A stretch of 64,000 nucleotides of DNA from Hyphochytrium catenoides (lineage: Eukaryota > Protista > Hyphochytriomycota). Position numbers and translations under genes: made by a program. Of the stretch, positions 1 through 11,683 are shown in pieces. The notes below the pieces were generated by a model. The model was given only the letters and a program-made list of their open reading frames with translations, did not search any database and was not told where the DNA came from. Location of the stretch: contig FLMG01003788.1 in the NCBI GenBank assembly GCA_900088475.1, positions 23,204 to 87,203 on the forward strand, given 5' to 3'. The stretch's first letter is position 1. Every line of letters begins with the position of its first letter.

Positions 1-1100
1 TCATCGAATCTTTATAGTCTGCAGACCATAACGCGACATCCAAGTATTAGATTCAACTCCAGTTTACACCTTTCTAAGTATACTACTTAAGGTGACCCCA
101 TTTTTCCATAAAAACAAATTCCTGAAATTATTCCGCCCCAAACCAATATTCCAAGTGACACTAAAACGAGTTTTATGTTTTCTCACAAATCAATGGGAGT
201 ATTCGGTAAAAAAATAGTATGTCAAGCCACTAGCGCCAGTTGTGGGTAATAGTTAGGCCTCAGATACGTGGTAATAGGAATAGAACCATTCTTCCTCATC
301 AGGAGTGATGGTCGTTCCTCTTTCGTACAGTAGCGTTCTCGTACGCACATACTGTACGTACAACTACAGGTCCACATCTCTTCCTCTGCCCTCCTCTTCT
401 TCCTCTCACTTTTTCCTTAAGTTTTAACGCTTTCTTCTACTCTTTCCATTATCTCAGTTCCCCTCGCTCTCTTGAGTTTGGGCCACATGTTTGATAACAG
501 GGGAGAAAAAGAAGAGAAAAAAGGAAGAAGGAGGAGAGAGATGATGATGACGGATGAAGGTGAATAAGAAGAACACATCATCATCGCAATACAGGGAAAT
601 AGTGCATCGTAGTCTCTGTTGCTAGCAGTAGCATAGAGGCACTAAGATGATTCAAAGCGGAGATAACTAACTTCCTTCAGGTACAGGCAACAGGAGGAAA
701 GACTATGTGAATGACTGACAACGGAGTAGCACACGTCAGCGGACAGGATGGCTGCTGCTATGACTAAGAAGAAGAAGATCATCAAAGCGGGAAGAGCGCT
801 ATTGAAGAGATATCACACTGCATTGCCAGCCCTCCAACAATGTCTTTGGGGAATGCTGGTCCGAACGGAAGAAGGGAAGATGGGCTTCCCTTATTAACCA
901 CCACTGATGATAGTAGACAATATGAAGAAGATGGCGGAGACATTCATTCTATCCTCCTAGTATACACCATTACGACGACCAAGGAGGAGTGATGATACAG
1001 GACGATGATACTAAATACATGTTGATAGAAAGAAGGCCAAAAAGCAATAAAATAGATAATTCTTATGCTGACAAATGGTGAAGATGGCTGCGGGAAGAGA

Positions 1101-1406
1101 NNNNNNNNNNNNNNNNNNNNNNNNNNNNNNNNNNNNNNNNNNNNNNNNNNNNNNNNNNNNNNNNNNNNNNNNNNNNNNNNNNNNNNNNNNNNNNNNNNNN
1201 NNNNNNNNNNNNNNNNNNNNNNNNNNNNNNNNNNNNNNNNNNNNNNNNNNNNNNNNNNNNNNNNNNNNNNNNNNNNNNNNNNNNNNNNNNNNNNNNNNNN
1301 NNNNNNNNNNNNNNNNNNNNNNNNNNNNNNNNNNNNNNNNNNNNNNNNNNNNNNNNNNNNNNNNNNNNNNNNNNNNNNNNNNNNNNNNNNNNNNNNNNNN
1401 NNNNNN
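1101..1406. other. Assembly gap (N run); many shorter gaps elsewhere sit inside microsatellites
   Basis: Run of N. Confidence 0.99.
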
Positions 1407-2017
1407 AGGAGAAAGGCCAGAAGACTAATGACGATGATGATGAGAAAGAAGGCTTTATAATACTATTACAAGTACTTGTAACAAAGTGGGAAGAGAAGCC
1501 TCATTATTAGCAGAGAGAAAGGGAAAGAAAGAGAAGATGAGCAAGAGAGTGGATTCGGGAAAGGATCCCCGATAGGGAGGCGAAGAGCGTTCTCAGCCAG
1601 AATATAAAATTACTATATTCTGGAAACATTGAACGGGTAGGCCCTATTTTTCTCGGAAGAAACGTTATTTTAGCGAAGGATGGGTATGTGAGTTTGGAAG
1701 AGCCCGCATTTGTCTTGAGAGTCTCAGGACACTGTACTATTATTTACGGTTAAGCGCCTGTTAGTGGCGCTCGTCCTGATATTATTACTGCCCGATTGCC
1801 ACAACACAGAGGGGAAGTGGGTGGAACAGCACTTCTGGCTCCTAACGTACCGGTTCCGCATATAATTGGTGTTATGCTTAATAAACCATAGGTCTATTCA
1901 GGATACGAGCTGAAAAGTGAAGAGTCAGAGAGATCCATCACATCCTTGGAATCTCAGCTTTCCCTCCCTCTCTCTCTCTCTCTTCCTCTCTCTCTCTCTT
2001 CCTCTCTCTCTCTCTCG

Positions 2018-2049
<32 letters not shown>

Positions 2050-2867
2050 CTCTCTCTCTCTCTCTCTTTATCTCTCTGTCTCCAGCTCTATATCGTCGTG
2101 CAGGTACCGCCCTGCTTCTCTCTTTGTTGGGCCATCCTCACTCTGTCTCAACCTCTCCAGCTCGCACTGCTGATGTTCTCTCTCTCTCTGTCTCTCCCTC
2201 TCCTCTCATCAGTGGAAGTTGTCTCTTCTCCTCTGCACCATTTTAGGATCAAGCGTTGCCGATGGATCCAGATGCTGGTCTGATCAGGGCTTGTCTCAGT
2301 TGCTCGTGTGCCTGCCTCCCCTCCTCCCTCTTCTTTTCTCTCCCTTCTCTCTTCTCTCCTCTCCCTCTCTCTTTCTCTCCTATCTTTCTCTCTCTCCCTT
2401 CGTCTCTCTGTTTTCTCTCTTTCACCTACCTGCTTTCTTCCTCTCTTCATCCCCCCACTTTGATTCTGATCGAGGCGCTGGCTGCGCCGCACACTTCTTT
2501 CCTCTCTCACTTTTGGCTTTTCCTTCGTTCAGTGCCAAGGAGAGAAACGAATAGGAAGCGGGATCTCTGCTTTTCTGCTCAATTTCCTCTCTCTCTTTCC
2601 AACTCCCTTTCGGATAGTCCCTTGCTCTTCTGACCACTGGAGAGTACTACTAGTCCATTCCTGAGGGTTAAGAATAGAGAAAGAGAGATATTCAGGGAGA
2701 GAGACCTTGACTCTCTCCTCAACCTTTTTACCTCCCGTTAGTTGATAGCACAAAAGAGAGAAAGAGACACCTGGCTGCTTGTCTCGTCTCTTCATTGTCC
2801 TACTTCCTCTCTTTTTCCGGAGCGAAGGTCCTTTATGTGGAGAGAAAGAGAGAAGAGAGAGAGAGTA

Positions 2868-5800
2868 ATGGAGAATCGTCAGCTTTCTCCTCTCTCTTCT
2901 TCTCTTCCCCTACCTCGCCTCTCTTCCCCTTCCTCGTCCTGCAGTTCTCTCCTCCTTCTTTCCTCTTCCCTCTCTCTTCTTCTCTTCTTCTCCTCATCCC
3001 CTCTTCTCCTCGCCACCTCTTCCTCTTCTTCTCTCTCTCTCCCTTCTCTCTTCATCTCTTCCTCTGTCATCCCCGGTGCAGGGAGAGGCGTCTTCTCTCT
3101 CTCTCCCTTGGAAGAGGGAGAGACGGTGGAAGAATGTTGGACACTGAAGCTTCCCATCGGCATCGCCCGCGCTGGACTGCTCATGGATTATATCTGGCAA
3201 TATAACAGCGACTACGAACTCTATACATTTGGCTATTGTTCTCTGTACAACCACCAGACGAACTACTCGGTGACCAAGTACTGGATGCCTCCGGCGCAGG
3301 AGGAGAGAGACGGAGAGAGAGAGAGAGAAAGAAGAAAGAGACGAGGAGGAGAGAAGAGGAAAGACAAGCCTGACTTTCTCTTGGATGAGACGGAAGAGTA
3401 TCGGCCTTACAAATTCAATGGGGACTTACTGGGATCTCCTTTTCTTCTCTCCTCCTCTTCCTCCGAGGAGAGAAGAGAGAAGAGCAAGAGAGAGTTGCCC
3501 TCTTCTTTCCCTTTCCCTTTCACTACGAGCGGAGATCTACGGCTGGTGGCATCGAGAGACACGGAAGCAGGAGAGGAACTCTTTGTCTCTTATGGAAGTG
3601 AGTGGCTCCCGGCTCGAGGGTTGGAAGAGACTCCCTTCTCAGGGAGAGAAAGAGTGGAAGAGCGCTGTGACTTCTCTCTCTCTCCCGCTTTAGAGGAAGA
3701 GAAGACGATATGTGCGCCTCTCCCAGGTGTCCAAAGAGTGCAGAAGCCTGATGTTACTATCGGACCTTCCAAGATTCCTGGTGCAGGGAGAGGAGCCTTT
3801 GCAAAGAGGAAAATAAGAGAGAGAGAGACGGTGGAGCTTGCCCCTGTACTTCTCGTTCCTTTTCATCACGTCGTCTTTTCTCTCGTGGAGAACTATGTAA
3901 TCAGAGGAAAAGGAGAGAAGACTGCGCTTCTCCCTCTCGGCTATGCAAGCATGTACAATCATGACAAGAAGCCCAACTTGGTCTATAGCTGGGCAAACTT
4001 TGAAGAGGAGGAGAAGAAACGGAGGGGAGAAGGAGAGAGAGAGAATGCGTCTCTCTCTGCTTCGTCTCTCTTTCTTAACTTTACAGCGCTGAGAGATATT
4101 GAGGATGGAGAAGAGCTGACCATTGACTATGGAGACAGATGGGAAGAGGCGTGGAAAAGTTACCTTCTCCGCGTAAACGAGCATCATCTCTCTCTCTCTT
4201 CTTCTCTCTCTTCCTCTCTCTCTTCTTCTCCTTACCCAGAATTCTATCATTCAGTGGAGCCACCAGCAGAACTCTTAGAGAAATGGCCCAAGACAGGAGC
4301 AGTTGGAATGGAGGTGGACGCTCCGTCTCTCCCTGTCTCTCTCTCTCCCGCCAGTGACACATCCTCTCTCTCTCACTCTCTCTTTCTCGATGCTTCAACC
4401 CTCAATAGCGCAGGAAGAGGCGTCTTTGTCGGGAGAGACTACCGCGCGGGAGAGATCGTGGAAACGTGTCCTCTTCTTCTCATTCCGTCTCACTCTCTCT
4501 CTTACAATATCCTCATAGATTATGTATGGACCAAGAGCTCGCATGAGAGCTTTCTCTCTATGGGATTCTGCATGCTTTACAATCATCAGACAGAGAACAA
4601 CGTGGCCAATCATGACAACAATCTTGGAGTGGAAGAGAGAGAGAGACTCAAGAGAGACTTCTTTCTCTCTCTCCTTGGAAAAGAGGGAGAGAGAGAAGGG
4701 GAGCTCCGTAACCGCAGTTTGGCTACCTGCCTTAGTGAAGAGGAGAGAAAGAAAAGAGGAGAAGACAACGGACTTACGTGTAAAGAAGAAGGAGAGAGAA
4801 GAAGAGAGAGAGAGAGAAAGCTTATGGAAGAGCTGTCTCTTCCTTTCTCTCTCGAAAAGAGCTTCAGCTACGTTGCAAGAAATGATATCGGAAAAGACCA
4901 AGAAGCCTTTGTCACCTACGGCCAAGAGTGGTTTGACAGCAGAGACATCAAGGAAGAGGCCAAGCCCGAGAAGAAGGAAGGAGAAGAGAAAGAGAGAGAG
5001 AGAGAAGAAGAGGAAGTGAAGAAGAGACTTGTACGGCCCACGCCGCGGGCAGTGCATTATCCAGAGGTTTATCTCAATACGTCCAAGATCTTTGGCGCGG
5101 GGAGAGGCATCTTTGCCAAGAGAGAGTTCAAACTGGGAGAGATAGTGGAAGTCTCTCCCACACATAATCTTCCTCTTCAGCATCTTCGTCGCTCTCTCCT
5201 CGAGAACTATGTCTTTAGACAGAGGAAGAGTGAGAGAGGAGAGAAGGCGAAGAGAGAGAGAGAAGGAGAAGAAGATGAAGGAGAGATTGCCCTTCTTCCT
5301 ATGGGTCTTGGTGCTTTCTACAATCACGGAGGAGAGAAGAAGCACAACGTCAAAGTGCTTTGGTACGATGAAGAGAGAAAGAGCACATTCTCTTCTCTCT
5401 CTTCTACTTCTTCCTCTCTCTCCTATCTCGCGTTTGTGGCGACAAGAGACATTCTCCCTCACGAAGAGCTTCTCTTGGACTATGGAAGAGAGTGGGAGAC
5501 AGAGTGGGAGAGATATGGAAGATATCTAAGAGATTGCGTGGCGGGGAAGAATGACTGTGGCGAGAGAGAATTCTATTTCTCTCCCTCTCTCTCTCCCTCT
5601 CTCTCCTGGCCCACTACGGCTCAGGGGCTGGACACACAGGTCCAGGAGGCAGGATACGAGCCAGAATGTGGCGCCTACGTCTCTCTTTCTTCCATTCCTG
5701 GCGCGCATCGCGGTCTCTTTTCTGGGAAAACCTATGAGAGAGAGAAAGGGGGAGAGATTATTCTCTCTTGTCCCTCTCTTCCTGTCCCGTATGATGCTTG

Positions 5801-7400
5801 TCTCCAGACAGAGCTCATAGATTATGTTCTGGACTATTCAGAGGGAGAGAGAATGCTGATGATGGGCTACTGTCTCATGGCAAACCACGGCTCGGAAGAG
5901 AGAGAGAGCGTCAATGCTCTCTATATCTTGGAAGCCGTGAAAGGAAAGACGAATGGCAACATGCTGGGAGGGAAGAGGGAGAAGAAGGGAAAAGAGAAAG
6001 ACAGTTCAAAGGAGGAAGAGAAAGAAGATAACGACGAGCCAGAGGACGAGGAGGAGGAAGAAGAGCAAGAAGAAGAGGAAGGAGAAGATACGATGTATGA
6101 AGAGGATGACTTTGCCCCGGGCTTCTCTTTCCCTTTCCTTACAACGCCAAATGTGCATTTCCAGACGAGAGAGGGAGGACTGAAAGAGGGAGAAGAGATC
6201 CTTGTCTCTTTCGGGGAGGATTGGGCCAGAGCGCGGAACATCCCGGAAGTCTCTGGAGAAGAGAAAGAGAGAGAGAGACAGAGTGCTCTCTCTCTTCCCT
6301 CTCCTCTCTTCCCTTGTCCCTCTATTTTCTTGAGAGCTTCTAAGATCCCCGGCGCGGGGAGAGGAGTCTTTGCGAGAAGAGCCTTTCAAGAGGGAGAAAT
6401 CGTAGAAATGGCGCCTGTCTTACTCGTGCTCAAGGACCTGTTCCATGTAAGTCTCTCTCTCTCTCTCTCTGCTCTCTTTCTGTCTCTCTCTCTCTGCCGC
6501 GCGCGCCATCCTGCTCCTTGCTTCTCTTCCGATTTTCCGGCTCGTCTTCTGTTTCCCTTCATATTTTACTTTCTTAGATGCCCTATCTCGTTCTTCCTCT
6601 TTCATTTCTCTCCTTTCTCGGCCTTTCCTTGTTCCTCTTCAGCGCTTCAGGCCGACGTTTTTCTCTCCCTCTCTCTCTTCTCCTCTCTCTCTCTTGCTGG
6701 CCCTTGCTCACTTTTCACTTTTCTCCACCCACTATCTGCCTCCCTCTCCACTTTCTCTCTCTCTCTTTTTCCGTCTTACCTATCCCTTCTGACCACGCAT
6801 CTCCCTCTCTCTCTCTCTCTCTTTCTCCTCCCTTTCTTCCTCTCTCTTTCTCTCTCTCTCTCCCTCTCTCTCTCACAGGGCCATATCTCGTCCAACTACC
6901 TCTTCACCAGCAGAAAGAACGGCGTTGCCGCTCTTCCTCTCGGTCTTGGCGCCTTTTATAACCACGCACGACAGCCCAATCTCGAGTTTTTTTGGGCAGA
7001 ACCAGAGAGAAAGAAAGAGAAAGGACAGGAGAGAGACGAAGAAGATGAAGAAGAGGAGAAAGAGGAGAAGCCTTACTTTGCCTTCCGCGCTCTACGTCCA
7101 ATAGAGAGAGAAGAAGAACTGACGATTGACTATGGGGAAGACTGGGAGAGAGCCTACAATGAATGGCTGGGAGAGCTAGAGAGAGAGACAATCAATTCTA
7201 TCCTCGCGGGAGAGAAAGAAAAGAGAGAGAAGATGCGCCCTTTCTTTCATAGTATTGTCGTCCCTGACACTCTCTCCTGGCCAGAGACTATCCCTGTCAG
7301 CGAAAGAATGTCCACTCCTACGTCTCTCCCGAGGGATGAAGAAGAGAAGAGAGGAGAGAGAGAGATTCCTATGCTCTCAGTCTTGCACGATGAGCTGTAA
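2868..7400 (+). CDS. Six-SET-domain protein (three tandem SET pairs) with putative signal peptide and C-terminal HDEL; exons 2868-6446 and 6879-7400, ~1366 aa (alternative ATG at 2835)
   Basis: Six copies of the SET motif series (S.IPGAGRG.F ... NH ... GEE...(D/S/T)YG) at about 3050-3605, 3750-4155, 4380-4935, 5065-5510, 5670-6225 and 6320-7160. The GTAAGT donor at 6447 and CAG acceptor ending 6878 are phase 0 and join DLFH|GHISSNYLF, matching the other repeats. The ORF ends VLHDEL*. Confidence 0.9.
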   Translation: MENRQLSPLSSSLPLPRLSSPSSSCSSLLLLSSSLSLLLFFSSSPLLLATSSSSSLSLPSLFISSSVIPGAGRGVFSLSPLEEGETVEECWTLKLPIGIARAGLLMDYIWQYNSDYELYTFGYCSLYNHQTNYSVTKYWMPPAQEERDGERERERRKRRGGEKRKDKPDFLLDETEEYRPYKFNGDLLGSPFLLSSSSSEERREKSKRELPSSFPFPFTTSGDLRLVASRDTEAGEELFVSYGSEWLPARGLEETPFSGRERVEERCDFSLSPALEEEKTICAPLPGVQRVQKPDVTIGPSKIPGAGRGAFAKRKIRERETVELAPVLLVPFHHVVFSLVENYVIRGKGEKTALLPLGYASMYNHDKKPNLVYSWANFEEEEKKRRGEGERENASLSASSLFLNFTALRDIEDGEELTIDYGDRWEEAWKSYLLRVNEHHLSLSSSLSSSLSSSPYPEFYHSVEPPAELLEKWPKTGAVGMEVDAPSLPVSLSPASDTSSLSHSLFLDASTLNSAGRGVFVGRDYRAGEIVETCPLLLIPSHSLSYNILIDYVWTKSSHESFLSMGFCMLYNHQTENNVANHDNNLGVEERERLKRDFFLSLLGKEGEREGELRNRSLATCLSEEERKKRGEDNGLTCKEEGERRRERERKLMEELSLPFSLEKSFSYVARNDIGKDQEAFVTYGQEWFDSRDIKEEAKPEKKEGEEKEREREEEEVKKRLVRPTPRAVHYPEVYLNTSKIFGAGRGIFAKREFKLGEIVEVSPTHNLPLQHLRRSLLENYVFRQRKSERGEKAKREREGEEDEGEIALLPMGLGAFYNHGGEKKHNVKVLWYDEERKSTFSSLSSTSSSLSYLAFVATRDILPHEELLLDYGREWETEWERYGRYLRDCVAGKNDCGEREFYFSPSLSPSLSWPTTAQGLDTQVQEAGYEPECGAYVSLSSIPGAHRGLFSGKTYEREKGGEIILSCPSLPVPYDACLQTELIDYVLDYSEGERMLMMGYCLMANHGSEERESVNALYILEAVKGKTNGNMLGGKREKKGKEKDSSKEEEKEDNDEPEDEEEEEEQEEEEGEDTMYEEDDFAPGFSFPFLTTPNVHFQTREGGLKEGEEILVSFGEDWARARNIPEVSGEEKERERQSALSLPSPLFPCPSIFLRASKIPGAGRGVFARRAFQEGEIVEMAPVLLVLKDLFHVSLSLSLSALFLSLSLCRARHPAPCFSSDFPARLLFPFIFYFLRCPISFFLFHFSPFSAFPCSSSALQADVFLSLSLFSSLSLAGPCSLFTFLHPLSASLSTFSLSLFPSYLSLLTTHLPLSLSLFLLPFFLSLSLSLSLSLSQGHISSNYLFTSRKNGVAALPLGLGAFYNHARQPNLEFFWAEPERKKEKGQERDEEDEEEEKEEKPYFAFRALRPIEREEELTIDYGEDWERAYNEWLGELERETINSILAGEKEKREKMRPFFHSIVVPDTLSWPETIPVSERMSTPTSLPRDEEEKRGEREIPMLSVLHDEL
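6447..6878 (+). other. Spliceosomal intron (432 nt, CT-rich, in frame and stop-free)
   Basis: GTAAGT ... (CT)n-CACAG. Removing it restores the sixth SET domain; its translation is S/L/F low complexity. Confidence 0.85.
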
Positions 7401-8780
7401 AGGGAGATGTTCCTTTCTTTTCTTTCTCTCTCCTCTTTGTAGCCCGTCTTTCTTTATTATCTATGTCACCTCTTTGCCTCTCTGACTGTCTACCTTCATC
7501 TTCTTCTCTCTTTCTCTTGATATTCTCTCCCCCTCTCTCTCTCGTTCTCTCTCTCTGACACACCAGCTTGTGTCGCTATTGGATGCTAATAAAGTAGCTC
7601 GTAATGTAGAACTTGTGCCTGAAGAGGCGTCTTTCTCTCTCTTTCTCTCTCTGTTGTCCGCTATCATCTATCATTTCTTTGGTCCCTTTTTTGCTCCTCT
7701 TTGCCGTGTTTCTCTCTTGTCTCTCACATGGCTTACCCTCTCTCCTCTCTCTGTTCATCTCCTCGCTCTCTTCACCCTCTCTCTCTGCTGGCCAGTCTAT
7801 CCTTCTCAGTTGTTTTAGTGTCTCTCTTTGATCATTCTCTCTATCCTCTCTCTCCCTCTCTGTTTCGTCTGTCTCTCTCTGTTCAGTTTGATTCTCTCTC
7901 CTTTCAGTCTCTATTCTATATCTGTTTTGTTTCTTTCTCTCTCTCTGTTCAGTCTCTCTCCCTCTCTCGGCTCAGTCTCTCTCTCTCTGTTCAGACTCTC
8001 TCTCCCCCTCTCTCCGTTCTCTCCCTCCTCCATTCTCTCTCTTTGTTACACTCTCTCTCTCTCTCTCTGTTCAGTCTCTCACTCTCCCTGCTCAGTCTTT
8101 TTCTCTCTCCCTGTTGATTCTTTCTTTCTCTCTCTGCTCAGTACTATCTTTCTTTCTCTCCCTGGTTCTCTCTCTGTTCAGTCTCTCTGTACTATGAACA
8201 AAAGAGAGACAGAGCATATGGGAAGGAAACTGGAAAGAGGGAGGAGAAGAGAAACGAAACACAACGAGAGGAACAAGGAGAGAGACACGCTTTTCTAGCT
8301 CTCAGGAGGGGAGAGGGACTTTTGATAACGTGACTGACAGGAGAAAGAGAGAGTACACTGCCTTTCTTCTTCTCTTGGCAGCCAACAGAGAGAGCAAAAT
8401 ATGTATACTTCGCCAGGGGGAGAGAGACTTTTCCCTACCCCTCAAGCAGCCAACCAGAGAAGAAGACTTTAGTATATCTCTCTTTCCTTCTCTCTCTCTC
8501 TCTCTTTTTTTCTTCTTCTTTCTTCCTCTTCTTCAGAGCTCCTTACTTCTCCAAACATTGAAAGAGGGACTACCGAGACTGAGGCGGGAGACAGGAGGAA
8601 GACAGAGAGAAGGAGACGAGGAGAGAGAGAGAGAGAAGAAGAGAGAGTGGAAAAATGAGAAAAGCTAGAAGATCTCAACCTGTCGGGAGAGGAAATGAAG
8701 GGAAAGTCCCTGTTGATATCTAGAAAAGAGCTGCTTTGGTGCCTTCTAGAGTGTCGTATCACTGTTCCCTGCTTCTTGTA

Positions 8781-9340
8781 GTCTCCTCTCTCTCTCTCTC
8801 TCTCTCTCTCTGCTTCTCTCTCCCTCTCTCTCTCTTTCTCTCCCTCTTTCTCTCGCTCTTCTCTCTCTCTCTCTTTCTATCCCTCTTTCTCTCTTCTCTC
8901 TCTCTCTTCTCTCTCTCTCTCCTCTCCTTCTCTCTCTCTCCTCTCTTCCTTCTCTCTCTCTCCTCTCTTCCGTCTCTCTCTCTCCTCTCTCCCTTCTCTC
9001 TCTCTCACACACTCTCACTACGACCAAGAACACTATCGCCCTCTGTCTACCTAATAGCCATGAAAAAGTTTGAGGGATTCCTTACTGCAGCGCCAGAAGG
9101 AAAGAAAAGTTCATCGGAGAGAGAGAGAGTGAGAGCGAAAGAGGAAAGAGAGAAGGGAAGAGAGAAAAGAGAGACAGAGATAGAGACAGAGAAAGAGAGA
9201 CTGAGAGAAGAGAAGAGAGGGAAGAGAGAGGGAGAGAGAGAGAAGAGAAGAGAAGAGAAGAGAGAGCGAGACACAGAGAGAGAGCGGGAGAGAACAGAGA
9301 GAGAAAGACAGAGAGAGAAAGAATACAGAAGGGAGAGGGA
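8781..9340. repeat. Long (CT)n-rich tract followed by a long (GA)n-rich tract; representative of dozens of such tracts in the window
   Basis: CT tract ~8781-9005, spacer ~110 nt, GA tract ~9117-9340. Confidence 0.9.
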
Positions 9341-10725
9341 AGAAAATGGAGAGCTGGCTTTCGGGCGGCTGGAAGAGTATAGAGTCCAGAGCTGACGTGT
9401 TGTTGGAGAAACCGAATGCCTCGCTTTCTCTTTTCTCTCTCTTCTCTGCCCTGATTGCAAATCCTAGCAGCATATCACTCTCTTCTTTCCTTCTTGTCTT
9501 TCTTCCTAGCTAACCTTCTTCTCTTCTCGTCTTTCTCTCTCTTCAATAAGCGTTGGCCTTGCTGAAATTTTTTAGTCGTCGTTGTTGCTCACATTTCTTT
9601 CTGAGGAAAATCTGCTCTTTCTCTCTTCTTCTTCTCCTGTAACTTAAACATCGTTTGTCGATCGTCCTTGATGATCTCGTCTGGAGAAGACTCTGTTGTT
9701 GTCGGAAGAGAAATGCCTGGAGAAGAATGGATAACATTGAAAGAAGGGAAGAGAGAGAAATGAAGAGAGAAAGTGACAGAAAAAATGATGATGTTGTCTT
9801 TCTCTTCTCTTCTTCTTCTTCTTAGTCTTTCTTCTCAACTCCCTGCATCGCCACGCACTAACAACACGCCCAGCAGGAAGAAATAAATAGCGGCCGCTGA
9901 TGAGGGTGAGCGATAACGAGAGGAGAGAAGGAAGAAGGAAGGTAGCTGTCAAGAGCGCTCGTCAAACTTGGAGGAGAAGGGAGGAGTACCCGCCAGCATG
10001 ATAAACAAGTTCAGAAAAGTAGAGAAGGATGTTGGGCCACTGTGGGAGAGAGAGAGAGAGAAGAGAGAGAGAGGAGAGAGAGAGAGAAAGAGAGAGAGAG
10101 AATGAGAGAGAGAGAATGAGAGAGAGAGAAGAATAAAGAGAGAGAGAGAGAGAAGTCGTTCTTAGTGCCCTCTCTTCCTCACCAAGATCAAACGGTTTTG
10201 GAAACCAATCGTTTCAGAACACCCCCGGGAGGAACCGTCGAAACGAAATTTTAGCGCTGAAACGTTTAAGCTGGGAAATAAATGAAATATTATAGCCTCT
10301 GTGGATTGATTGACTATGTTGCAGTTCTCAAGCTGAAACCTATGATTTATAGTGAACATATCAAAATGTAGCTGGTCCTGGGGGAGACCAGAACTGGTGG
10401 GAAACGGCTGTTGGGTTGGCAATGTAACGGACGTTTCTGTCCCTTTCTCTCTCTCTTCCCTCCAGTCTCTTTCTCTCTCCTTGTCCTTGCTTTTCTCTCT
10501 CTCTCGCTCGCTCTCACTCTCTCTCTCTCTCTCTCTTTTTCGTGAACTGCCTGGAGGAGAGAAGAAGAGGATGATGGAGAGAGAAGAGGGAAATGGACCA
10601 GGGGAAGAGTCGTGGATGGCTACTCCTTCATAACGGCCCAGGCTGCCCCATAGTGCACTAGGAAACTCACTAAAAGCTTCGGGCCTTACCGTAAATTTAG
10701 CCAACAGTCTGAGTATAAATGTTAC

Positions 10726-10757
<32 letters not shown>

Positions 10758-11638
10758 TGTTCTCTCTCATCCTCTCTCTCTCTCTCTCTCTTCCCTTCTC
10801 TTCTCTTCTCTTTTCTGCTCTCCCGTTTTCTGGGTCAACTATGGTGGGGTCCTTAACGTCCCCTATGCCCTCTTCTTCATTTTATGTGTCCACTCTACAA
10901 GCCCCTCCTTTCCTGTTCAGCCCTCACCTTCCCCTCCACGCTGTCTCTACTCCCTCGCTCTGACTCTCCGTTGTCCTACAAATTTATTGTTCTTCCTTCT
11001 CTCCTCTCTCTCTCATTGACCTTGCAAATTTTTCTCCCTATCCCTCGCATGGCTGAGGTCAGCCCCAATCCGCTTGACCGGTTGCTTTTGCCTTGACTGC
11101 CCAGACTGCCCAGCACTTTTTCTCCTCTCCTCTCTCTCTCTCTCTCCCTCTCTCTCTTTGCCTTTCCCTATCTCCCTCCTCTCATCATTCTCCTGCGGCT
11201 ATTTTTCTGTCTTCTCGTTGTCAACACTGACGTCCCTCCTGCCTCACCTGACATCAGGTGCACCTCAAGGCTTTTCCCTATAAATCTCCTTCGTCTCTCC
11301 CTACAATTGCTGGCTAGCCTTTTTGTCCACTTCTATGCCTATGGCCCGGCTTCTTCTCCTCTCTCTTCCATACTTTCCTCCTCTTCCACCTCGTCTAACT
11401 CAGTCTTTCCTGCCTGCTCTTTTCAAGGCGTCTTACTATCCATAGTGGGTCTCGTCTGTCTCGTCTAGTCCGTCATCTATTTCCCGCCTCTCTTCCTCAC
11501 TCTCATCTGTCCTTCTTATGGTGCTGCTACCACCGAGTCCAGTCTACAGTCTCTCTTCCTTCTCTGTCGGCTTCTGTGGCTTTGGCCTTTCTCTTTTCCT
11601 GCATTATACCTCTCTTGTCCCTTTCTCCCTCTTTCTAT

Positions 11639-11683
<45 letters not shown>

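Noticed and set aside
1065-1460. ORFs spanning N runs
   Set aside because: Open only because of assembly gaps.
1917-2795. Many SLSL/ERER ORFs here and throughout the window
   Set aside because: Translations of CT/GA microsatellites, which are stop-poor in all frames; no domain motifs.
2742-2867. TTG start of the 1552-aa ORF
   Set aside because: Eukaryotic context favours ATG at 2835 or 2868, and the ORF also reads through an intron.
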